DNA of 64,000 nucleotides from Candidatus Omnitrophota bacterium (GTDB lineage Bacteria > Omnitrophota > Gorgyraeia > Duberdicusellales > 4484-171), in assembly GCA_037146775.1 (NCBI GenBank), contig JBAWWL010000002.1:134554-198553 (forward strand), given 5' to 3'. The translations under genes were made by a program, and so were the position numbers. Below the pieces are notes generated by a model, which searched no databases, had not been told where the DNA came from, and saw nothing but the letters and a program-made list of their open reading frames with translations. Shown piece after piece: positions 38,095 through 46,717 of this stretch. The first letter of the stretch is position 1. Each line of letters opens with the position of its first letter.

Positions 38095-39426
38095 ATGGCT
38101 AAGCGGACGAAACAGGATATTTTGAAGCTGGTTAAGGAAAATGACGTAAAATTCATACGTCTCTGGTTTACTGATGTGTTGGGGCAGGTAAAAAGTTTTG
38201 CGATTACGGATAAGGAGTTAGAAGGAGCGCTTGAGAACGGTATGGGCTTTGATGGATCATCTATTACCGGCTATCAGGACATCGAAGAATCCGACATGAT
38301 TGCGATGCCGGATCCGGATACTTTTGCAATTTTGCCCTGGCGGCCCAGCGAAAAAGCTGTTGGTAGAATGATATGTGATGTGTTAAGTCCTGATAGGACT
38401 CCTTATGAAGGCGACCCGCGTTATATATTAAAAAAAGCTTTAGAACGCGCTTCTAAAATGGGGTTTGATCACTTTTATTTAGGGCCGGAACTAGAGTTTT
38501 TTTATTTTAAGGCGGATACAGCTACAGAGGTGCTGGACAAAGGAGGGTATTTTGATCTTACTACTTTGGATGTGGCAAGCGACTTAAGAAGAGAAACCGT
38601 GCTTGCGCTTGAGAAAATGGGTATAGACGTGGAGTACTCGCATCATGAGGTGGCGCCTAGCCAACATGAGGTTGATATGCGCTATAAGGATGCGCTTGAG
38701 ATGGCGGATAATGTCATAACCTACAAAGTAGTTGTAAAGGAGATTGCCAGCAAGTTCGGCGTTTATGCCACATTCATGCCAAAGCCTATTTTTGGAGAAA
38801 ACGGTTCCGGCATGCATACGCATCAATCGCTTTTCAAGGGAAATAAGAATACTTTTTTTGATCCCAAAGCCAGTGATTATCTTTCCGATACTGCGCGTAG
38901 TTATATCGCTGGTTTGCTTAAACACGCAAAGGAGATTTGTTCTATCTTTGCGCAGACCACAAATTCATATAAAAGGTTAGTGCCTGGGTATGAGGCGCCT
39001 GTTTATGTGGCATGGAGTCGCAGGAACAGAAGTGCGTTGGTGAGAGTTCCGCTTTATTATCCCGGAAAAGAAAAGGCTACCAGGTGCGAGTTTAGAGCTT
39101 GCGATCCAGCGTGCAATCCGTATCTTACTTTTGCGGCTATGCTTCATGCCGGGCTGGAAGGTATAGAAAAGAAATATAAAGCACCTAAGCCGATGGACCA
39201 GAATTTATATCATTTAACCGAAACCGAAAGAAAAGAAAAAGGTATTGAAACGCTTCCGGATAATCTTGGGCATGCAATCGCGATATCTGAAGGCAGTGAA
39301 CTGGTTAAAAAAATCCTTGGTAACCACATCTTTCCCAGATTCGTTGAATTAAAGAAAAAAGAATGGGACGACTATAGAATCCAGGTTCCGCAGTATGAAT
39401 TAAACAGATATCTGTCAATTCTTTAA
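38095..39426 (+). CDS. glnA: glutamine synthetase type I
   Basis: GFDGSSI, GPELEFF, HHEVAPSQHE, TFMPKP..NGSGMH, SYKRLVPGYEAP and NPYL motifs. Confidence 0.97.
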   Translation: MAKRTKQDILKLVKENDVKFIRLWFTDVLGQVKSFAITDKELEGALENGMGFDGSSITGYQDIEESDMIAMPDPDTFAILPWRPSEKAVGRMICDVLSPDRTPYEGDPRYILKKALERASKMGFDHFYLGPELEFFYFKADTATEVLDKGGYFDLTTLDVASDLRRETVLALEKMGIDVEYSHHEVAPSQHEVDMRYKDALEMADNVITYKVVVKEIASKFGVYATFMPKPIFGENGSGMHTHQSLFKGNKNTFFDPKASDYLSDTARSYIAGLLKHAKEICSIFAQTTNSYKRLVPGYEAPVYVAWSRRNRSALVRVPLYYPGKEKATRCEFRACDPACNPYLTFAAMLHAGLEGIEKKYKAPKPMDQNLYHLTETERKEKGIETLPDNLGHAIAISEGSELVKKILGNHIFPRFVELKKKEWDDYRIQVPQYELNRYLSIL

Positions 39427-39430
39427 GGGG

Positions 39431-40153
39431 GTGCGAGTGATTCTTGTTTTGCAGCATGCAAAAGAAGAAGGTCCGGGGACTCTTGGCAGCTTTTTTCAAA
39501 AGAGCGGTTGGGAAGTAAGTACAATTCATCTTTACAAAGAAACAAGGCTGCCCGGTGATTTATCTGGAGTCCAAGCAGTTATGGTTATGGGTGGTCCGAT
39601 GAATGTCTACGAAGAAGACAGATTTCCATTTTTGAAAGAGGAAGATATTTTTTTGAAAAGAGCGATAAGCGAAGAAGTTCCCATTTTAGGGATATGCCTT
39701 GGAGCTCAGCTGTTAGCTAAAGCAGCTGGAGCAAAAGTAAAAAAAGCTCCGCACGCAGAAATAGGATGGGCAAAAGTAACATTAACTAAAGAGGGTAAGA
39801 ATGACCAGCTCTTTAAAGGTTTACCCGAAGAACTAGAGGTATTCCAGTGGCACGAGGATTCTTTTGAGCTTCCTGTGTCAGCTATCAAGCTTGCAGAACA
39901 TCCGGCCTGTCCTAACCAGGCATTTTGTTACCGAAAGAATTGTTATGGATTGCAGTTCCATATCGAAGTAGACGCAACCTTAATTACCGATTGGGTAAAA
40001 TCGTATCAGGGGAATGATGATTTAGATATAAAACTTAAAGCGCGCGACATGTTGCTTGATTATTATATACATAGAGAAAAATTTGATAGGCGCGCACGTA
40101 AGCTTTATTTAAACTTTTCAAAGCTTATAAGAACGTGTAGAATACCTGCGTAG
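39431..40153 (+). CDS. type 1 glutamine amidotransferase
   Basis: GICLGAQL, QWHED and LQFHIE motifs. Confidence 0.93.
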   Translation: MRVILVLQHAKEEGPGTLGSFFQKSGWEVSTIHLYKETRLPGDLSGVQAVMVMGGPMNVYEEDRFPFLKEEDIFLKRAISEEVPILGICLGAQLLAKAAGAKVKKAPHAEIGWAKVTLTKEGKNDQLFKGLPEELEVFQWHEDSFELPVSAIKLAEHPACPNQAFCYRKNCYGLQFHIEVDATLITDWVKSYQGNDDLDIKLKARDMLLDYYIHREKFDRRARKLYLNFSKLIRTCRIPA

Positions 40154-40171
40154 GTTTTTTTTGGCATATTC

Positions 40172-40188
40172 TGCACAAAATTTAGGCA
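40172..40188. promoter_or_regulatory. NtrC/Fis-type operator candidate
   Basis: TGCAC-N7-AGGCA just upstream of the Fis-type HTH gene. Confidence 0.45.
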
Positions 40189-40200
40189 CAACGTGACAAG

Positions 40201-40443
40201 ATGCATATGAAAATATCCTCGGAGAAAATAAATTTAATCGATGATAGCTTTTTAAATATAACTCATGGGAAGATTTATGTCCAGGCTGTCTCACATGTAG
40301 AAAAAATTGTTATAGAGAAAGCGCTGGAAAGAACTTTTGGCAATCAGGTAAAAGCAGCGAAAATACTAGGCATCAATCGTAATACTTTGCGTTCCAAGAT
40401 ACATAAATTGAATATAGATGTACATAAATGGAAGGTTTATTAA
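40201..40443 (+). CDS. stand-alone Fis/NtrC-type HTH protein
   Basis: IEKALERTFGNQVKAAKILGINRNTLRSKI. Confidence 0.9.
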   Translation: MHMKISSEKINLIDDSFLNITHGKIYVQAVSHVEKIVIEKALERTFGNQVKAAKILGINRNTLRSKIHKLNIDVHKWKVY

Positions 40444-40510
40444 AATGACAAATAACAAAATTCAAATGTCAAAACTATTTTGTCATTTGCGCTTTGTCAT
40501 TTGTCATTAC
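40443..40510. repeat. inverted heptamer hairpin (AAATGAC/TTTGTCA)
   Basis: 7-mer repeats and their complements before gltB. Confidence 0.65.
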
Positions 40511-40530
40511 ATTATATCTGCTCAACAGAC

Positions 40531-43500
40531 ATGAAATTTAATAATTTACCTAAACCTCAAGGTTTGTATGATCCGCGTTTCGAACATGATGCGTGCGGCG
40601 TAGGATTTGTTTGTAACATCAAGGGAAATAAGTCCAACGCTATCGTAAAACAGGGATTAGAGGTTCTGCGTCGTCTCTCTCATCGGGGAGCGGTAGGGTC
40701 TGATCCTAAAACCGGTGATGGCGCGGGAATTTTAATCCAAATACCGCACAAGTTTTTTAAGAAAGTAGCGCGAGATAGCAAGATTAATTTACCTGAGCCG
40801 GGACTGTATGGTACAGGATTGATATTTTTACCTCAAGATCGTCAGGAGCGCTTATTTTGTAAGGATACTTTTGAGAACATTGTAAGAGAGAACGGCCAGG
40901 GAATATTGGGCTGGCGTGCGGTGACGAGAGACAACTCTGTTATCGGGTTGAGTGCAAAAAGTACCGAACCGGTCTTTGAACAGGTTTTCATTGCCAGAGG
41001 CAAAAATGTCAAAGACGAGCTGGATTTTGAACGAAAACTTTATTGCTTAAGAAAACAAACCGAGAGCCTTATCCTTGCCTCTCATTTAAAGCAGAAGAGG
41101 TCGTTCTATATCACCAATATTTCTTGCCGCACTTTTACATACAAAGGGCTGCTTATGCCTAAGCAGCTGGAGGATTTTTTTCTCGACCTTAAAGATGAAT
41201 TGATAGAGAGCGCTTTGTGCCTGGTGCATTCGCGCTATTCAACCAACACTTTTCCTACCTGGGATTTAGCGCAGCCTTTTAGATTTTTAGCCCATAATGG
41301 TGAAATAAATACTCTGCGTGGCAATATAAATTGGATACGAGCGAGGGAACGATTGCTGGCGAGCGAATTCTTCGGTACCGATATAGAGAAACTCAAGCCG
41401 GTTATTGTCGAAGGAGGAAGCGATTCAGCTGCAATCGATAATGTTTTTGAGCTTTTAGTTTTATCGGGCAGGCCGTTAGAGCATGCAATGATGATGCTTA
41501 TTCCCGAAGCTTGGGAGCACAATAAATTTATCAATAAGGAACTAAAAGATTTTTACAAGTATCATGCTTGTTTCATGGAACCATGGGATGGCCCGGCAGC
41601 TATAGCTTTTACTGACGGAAAGAATATTGCTGCCGCATTAGATCGTAATGGCCTCAGGCCAGCTCGCTATGTTATAACCAAAAAAGATCTTGTTGTTATG
41701 GCTTCGGAGGCAGGAGTTTTGGATATAGATCCGGCGGATATCAAGTTTTGCGGAAGGCTTGAGCCGGGTAAGATATTTTTTATCGATACACATGCCGGTT
41801 GTATAGTGGAAGACTCTAAGGTGAAAAATAGAATTTCCGGGCGCTGCCCATATGGCAAATGGAACGCTGAATATATGGTTGATTTTTCTAAGTTAGCCGC
41901 GCATCGTAGCGATAAGGCGAAATGCGAAGATATCGTATTACAGCTTAAGGCTTTTGGTTATTCTCGGGAAGATCTTGCCATGATCATAAAACCTATGGCC
42001 CAAGAGGGTAAAGAGCCCATAGGTTCTATGGGCAACGATACGCCTTGCGCTTTTTTATCAAAGAATTCCCAGCTTTTTTATAACTATTTCAAGCAGCTCT
42101 TTGCGCAGGTAACCAATCCGGCCATAGACCCTATTAGGGAGAAAATTGTAATGAGTTTGGAAAGTTTTATCGGCCCGGAAGAAAATATTTTGGGTGAGAC
42201 CCCGAGACATAGTCATAAACTTAGGATAAAAAATCCGATTTTAACAGACGAACAACTCCAGAATTTGCGCGATATAAGCATAAATAGTTTTAAAACGAAA
42301 ACAATATATACTTTTTTTGACGCCAGCGCCGGATCCGATGGTTTCATGCGCACGCTGGAGAGGATTTGTTTCGAAGCAGAATATGCTATCGAACAAGGCT
42401 ATTCTTTTATATTATTGAGTGATCGAGGAGTTGACAAAGACAGGATTGCGCTCCCGGCGTTATTGGCCACAAGTAGTATCCATCAGTATTTGGTAAAAAA
42501 GACTATACGTTCGCAGGTTGCTCTTATCGTTGAAAGTGCAGAGCCACGCGAGGTGCATCATATGGCTCTATTGTTTGGTTTTGGCGCTGATTGCGTAAAC
42601 CCATACCTTGCCTATCAGGCAATAGAATATCTTATAAAAGAAAAAGAAATCAATCTAGTTTCTAAAGATGCGCTGGAGAATTATCATAAAGCGTTGACTG
42701 ACGGAATATTAAAAATATTATCAAAACTGGGGATATCCACATTAAGAAGTTACCGTGGAGCTCAAACCTTTGAGGCTTTAGGTTTAGAAGATGAATTTGT
42801 AGACAGATATTTTTCCGGTACGGTTTCTCGTGTTGGCGGTGTTGGCCTTGCGGGAATAGCGGAGGAAACTATCAAAAGGCACATGTCCGCTTACGATGAA
42901 AGGGGTCCGGCAAATGTATATTTAGCCAGTGGAGGCGTATATCAGTGGAAAAGGGATGGAGAATTCCATCTTTGGCAGCCGGAAAGCATAGCTGCCCTGC
43001 AGGATGCCGTACGAGATGATAACGTTGAGAGGTATAAAGAATTCGCCCGCCTTATTAATGATCAGTCAGTTAATCCTGTAACCTTAAGGAGTTTGCTGAA
43101 ATTTTCCGTAGGTGATGAATTACACACAAAAAAAGTTACACCTATTTTCGTGAACGAAGTTGAGCCGGTCGAGAGTATTATGAAACGTTTTGCGACTGGT
43201 GCGATGAGTTTCGGTTCGATTAGCGGACCGGCGCACGAGACAATTGCTATTGCTATGAATAGAATAGGCGGTAAATCGAATACCGGCGAGGGCGGAGAAG
43301 ATCCTGCGAGATTTACAAAATTACCCAATGGAGATTCTAAACGCAGTGCCATAAAACAAGTTGCATCCGGAAGGTTCGGCGTTACTACCAACTATCTTGT
43401 CAATGCGGATGAAATTCAGATAAAAATTGCACAAGGGGCTAAACCAGGCGAGGGTGGGCAATTACCGGGGCATAAAGTGAGTGAGGTAATTGCGCGTACT

Positions 43501-45087
43501 CGGTACACCACGCCTGGAGTTACGTTAATATCGCCGCCGCCGCATCATGATATATATTCTATTGAAGATCTTGCCCAGCTCATATTTGATTTAAAGAACA
43601 CTAATCCGCGCGCCCGCATAAGCGTAAAGCTTGTTTCGGAAGTTGGTGTTGGGACTGTTGCGGCCGGCGTTGCGAAGGGCCACGCTGATATGATCCTTAT
43701 ATCCGGTGGTGACGGAGGAACGGGGGCGTCGCCGTTAAGTTCAATACGATACGCCGGACTTCCTTGGGAATTGGGCCTTTCGGAGACTCACCAAACACTT
43801 TTACTTAATAATCTACGTTCAAGAGTGCGCCTGCAAACAGACGGCCAAATACGCACCGGCCGCGACGTTGCGATAGCAGCTTTGTTGGGTGCCGAAGAGT
43901 ATGGTTTTTCTACCGCAGTACTTGTCACGGTGGGTTGCGTGATGCTTAGGCACTGCCATCTTAACAATTGTTCAGTCGGTGTGGCTACTCAGGACGATAT
44001 TTTACAGAAGAGATTTAGAGGAAAACCCGAATATATAGTGAATTATTTTCGTTTTGTAGCGCAAGAGCTGCGTGAAATTATGGCAAGTCTTGGCTTTAAA
44101 ACTATCAACGAGATGATTGGCAGGGCAGATGTACTTGAGGTTAATAAAGATATTATTCCTTCCAAAGCAAAAAAAATAGATTATTCCAGGATTCTTTATC
44201 GGCCGGATTGCCCTAAAAATTACGGGCGTTATTACAAGGCGAAAAAAGAAAATACCTTAGGATTAATTTTAGACAAAAAACTTATAAAAATGTGCAAACG
44301 TCCATCCTTGCAGAAAAAACCAGTAAAGATCTCAGCTGAAATTAATAATACTAATAGAACTACCGGAGCTATGTTGAGTGGAGAATTGGTAAGGCGTTAC
44401 GGAGAAAATGGATTAAGCCATGATTCCATTGTTTGTAAATTCAGAGGCGTTGCGGGGCAGAGTTTTGGCGCATTTCTAGCCAAAGGTATTACGTTTGAAC
44501 TGGAAGGCATGGCAAACGATTATGTGGGTAAAGGAATTTCCGGAGGAAAAATTATTATTTATCCTGACAGAAGAGCGTCTTACCAGGCCGAAAACAATAT
44601 TATTATTGGCAATACTACGTTTTATGGCGCGATTTGTGGAGAGGCTTATATCAGAGGCATAGCGGGTGAGCGGTTTTGTATACGAAATTCCGGCCTTAAC
44701 GCGGTTGTGGAAGGATTGGGCGACCACGGCTGTGAATATATGACTGGCGGTTGTGTAGTAGTCCTTGGAAAAGCTGGACGTAATTTTGCCGCAGGCATGA
44801 GCGGCGGTGTCGCCTACATCTACGATGTGAGTGAAGATTTCAAGCAAAGATGTAATTTGGAAATGGTAGAAATAGAAAATCTTTCTGCGGACGATGAGGA
44901 GAAACTTTATGGCTTACTCTGCAACCATCTTACACATACTCAAAGTATAATCGCTAAAAACATTGTTAATAATTTCAAGAAAGAACTAAGGCAAGTTATA
45001 AAAGTTATGCCGACAGAATATAAACGTATCTTGTCAGGGAGAAAAATACAAAGAAAGCCGGAATTAGCGGAAGTGTCGGATGGATAA
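40531..45087 (+). CDS. gltB: glutamate synthase large subunit
   Basis: HDACGVGF, HSRYSTNT, KQVASGRFGV and GAKPGEGGQLPG motifs; GXGXG domain. Confidence 0.98.
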   Translation: MKFNNLPKPQGLYDPRFEHDACGVGFVCNIKGNKSNAIVKQGLEVLRRLSHRGAVGSDPKTGDGAGILIQIPHKFFKKVARDSKINLPEPGLYGTGLIFLPQDRQERLFCKDTFENIVRENGQGILGWRAVTRDNSVIGLSAKSTEPVFEQVFIARGKNVKDELDFERKLYCLRKQTESLILASHLKQKRSFYITNISCRTFTYKGLLMPKQLEDFFLDLKDELIESALCLVHSRYSTNTFPTWDLAQPFRFLAHNGEINTLRGNINWIRARERLLASEFFGTDIEKLKPVIVEGGSDSAAIDNVFELLVLSGRPLEHAMMMLIPEAWEHNKFINKELKDFYKYHACFMEPWDGPAAIAFTDGKNIAAALDRNGLRPARYVITKKDLVVMASEAGVLDIDPADIKFCGRLEPGKIFFIDTHAGCIVEDSKVKNRISGRCPYGKWNAEYMVDFSKLAAHRSDKAKCEDIVLQLKAFGYSREDLAMIIKPMAQEGKEPIGSMGNDTPCAFLSKNSQLFYNYFKQLFAQVTNPAIDPIREKIVMSLESFIGPEENILGETPRHSHKLRIKNPILTDEQLQNLRDISINSFKTKTIYTFFDASAGSDGFMRTLERICFEAEYAIEQGYSFILLSDRGVDKDRIALPALLATSSIHQYLVKKTIRSQVALIVESAEPREVHHMALLFGFGADCVNPYLAYQAIEYLIKEKEINLVSKDALENYHKALTDGILKILSKLGISTLRSYRGAQTFEALGLEDEFVDRYFSGTVSRVGGVGLAGIAEETIKRHMSAYDERGPANVYLASGGVYQWKRDGEFHLWQPESIAALQDAVRDDNVERYKEFARLINDQSVNPVTLRSLLKFSVGDELHTKKVTPIFVNEVEPVESIMKRFATGAMSFGSISGPAHETIAIAMNRIGGKSNTGEGGEDPARFTKLPNGDSKRSAIKQVASGRFGVTTNYLVNADEIQIKIAQGAKPGEGGQLPGHKVSEVIARTRYTTPGVTLISPPPHHDIYSIEDLAQLIFDLKNTNPRARISVKLVSEVGVGTVAAGVAKGHADMILISGGDGGTGASPLSSIRYAGLPWELGLSETHQTLLLNNLRSRVRLQTDGQIRTGRDVAIAALLGAEEYGFSTAVLVTVGCVMLRHCHLNNCSVGVATQDDILQKRFRGKPEYIVNYFRFVAQELREIMASLGFKTINEMIGRADVLEVNKDIIPSKAKKIDYSRILYRPDCPKNYGRYYKAKKENTLGLILDKKLIKMCKRPSLQKKPVKISAEINNTNRTTGAMLSGELVRRYGENGLSHDSIVCKFRGVAGQSFGAFLAKGITFELEGMANDYVGKGISGGKIIIYPDRRASYQAENNIIIGNTTFYGAICGEAYIRGIAGERFCIRNSGLNAVVEGLGDHGCEYMTGGCVVVLGKAGRNFAAGMSGGVAYIYDVSEDFKQRCNLEMVEIENLSADDEEKLYGLLCNHLTHTQSIIAKNIVNNFKKELRQVIKVMPTEYKRILSGRKIQRKPELAEVSDG

Positions 45088-45094
45088 ATTTAAT

Positions 45095-45232
45095 TTAAAC
45101 TCTAAACCCGAAATCCTAAACTCTAAACATATCCTAAACCCAAATATTCCAAACTCAAAACAGCATCGTTTTTAATTTTGAGTTTTTCGTTTTGAGTTTA
45201 TTTAGGATTTAGAGTTTAGTGTTTAGGTTTTG
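45095..45232. repeat. inverted heptamer-repeat hairpin
   Basis: CTAAACT/TTTAGAG-like units; similar to 34965-35105. Confidence 0.8.
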
Positions 45233-45240
45233 AGGTAAAT

Positions 45241-46707
45241 ATGGGTGATATAAAAGGTTTTCTAAAAATTAGGCGCCAAGAAACAAAATACAGGCCGGTT
45301 TGTTCTCGCAGTAAGGATTATCGCGAGGTTATATCCCTGCGTTCCGACGATGCTTCTAAAGAACAAGCATCGCGTTGTATGGATTGCGCAACGCCCTTTT
45401 GTCATTGGGGTTGTCCTGTGGGTAATTATATTCCTGAATGGAACGATGCCTTGTTTAAAGGCCAGTGGAAAAAAGCATTTAAGTTAATTGATATAACCAA
45501 CAATTTTCCTGAATTTACCGGCAGGCTTTGCCCGGCAACGTGTGAGCATGCGTGTGTACTGGGGATAAATGATGATCCGGTGACTATCAGAGAGAACGAA
45601 TTAGCCATTATCGAGTATGCATTTGAGGCCGGTTTTGTGAGAGCTAATCCGCCCAGGCTGCATACCGGCAAAAAGATCGCAGTTGTTGGTTCCGGTGCGG
45701 CAGGTTTGGCTGCCGCAAGCCAATTAAATAAAGCCGGGCATACCGTGACAGTTTTTGAACGGGATAACAAGATTGGCGGGATCCTTCGTTACGGTATCCC
45801 TGATTTTAAACTGGAAAAATGGGTCCTTGACAGGCGTTTAGCTATTTTAGAGAAAGAGGGGATAGAATTTATTACGGGTGTAAACGTCGGTATAGATTAT
45901 AAAACTTCAAAGTTAAACAAGGAATTTGATGCCGTCTGTCTAGCTTGTGGTTCGCGCACTCCGCGAGATCTCAGTATTGAAGGCAGGAATCTAAAAGGTG
46001 TCCACTTTGCCATGGATTATTTAATGCAATCAAATAAGCGTGTAGTAAAAGAAAAAATAGAGGCCAATACATATATTGATGCGAAAGATAAGCGTGTCGT
46101 GGTGATCGGAGGAGGAGACACCGGTGCCGATTGTGTGGGCACGGCGCATCGTCAGGGTGCGCGTTGTGTTGTGCAGATAGAAGTTATGCCGCAGCCGCCG
46201 CTTTGCCGTAGTAAAGATTATCCTTGGCCAAAATACCCGCTACTTTTAAAGACTTCTACCAGTCACGAAGAAGGAGGACAGCGTCAGTGGAGTATTCTTA
46301 CTAAAAGATTCATCGGGGAAAACGGTATTCTCAAAAAAATCTCCTGCGTCAAAGTTGAATTCGTCGTTGAGCATAGAACGTCGAATGTTGGACTCGCCAA
46401 AACTTGTCCGGTTATGAAAGAGATTCCGGGCAGCGATTTTGAGATTGATGCGGACCTGGTTATCTTGGCTGTTGGTTTTGTGGGCCCTGAGCGCGCAGGG
46501 TTGCTCACGGAGCTTGGTGTTGTGTATGATGCGCGCGGTAATGTAGAAACCAACGAAAACTATATGACTTCTGTTGATAAAGTATTTTCTGCCGGAGATA
46601 TGCACCGTGGCCAGTCTTTGCTTGTGTGGGCTATCGCAGAAGGCCGGCGTATGGCCTATTATGTTGACGTTTACCTTATGGGAGAAAGCAACTTACCGCT
46701 TATCTAG
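45241..46707 (+). CDS. gltD: glutamate synthase small subunit
   Basis: RCMDC..FC..GCP, GRLCPA.CE, RYGIPDFKL and GGGDTGADC motifs. Confidence 0.97.
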   Translation: MGDIKGFLKIRRQETKYRPVCSRSKDYREVISLRSDDASKEQASRCMDCATPFCHWGCPVGNYIPEWNDALFKGQWKKAFKLIDITNNFPEFTGRLCPATCEHACVLGINDDPVTIRENELAIIEYAFEAGFVRANPPRLHTGKKIAVVGSGAAGLAAASQLNKAGHTVTVFERDNKIGGILRYGIPDFKLEKWVLDRRLAILEKEGIEFITGVNVGIDYKTSKLNKEFDAVCLACGSRTPRDLSIEGRNLKGVHFAMDYLMQSNKRVVKEKIEANTYIDAKDKRVVVIGGGDTGADCVGTAHRQGARCVVQIEVMPQPPLCRSKDYPWPKYPLLLKTSTSHEEGGQRQWSILTKRFIGENGILKKISCVKVEFVVEHRTSNVGLAKTCPVMKEIPGSDFEIDADLVILAVGFVGPERAGLLTELGVVYDARGNVETNENYMTSVDKVFSAGDMHRGQSLLVWAIAEGRRMAYYVDVYLMGESNLPLI

Positions 46708-46717
46708 AGAGGAGAAA

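Noticed and set aside
40161-40175. Sigma54 promoter TGGCA..TGC
   Set aside because: GG-to-GC spacing is 8 bp, not the required 10.
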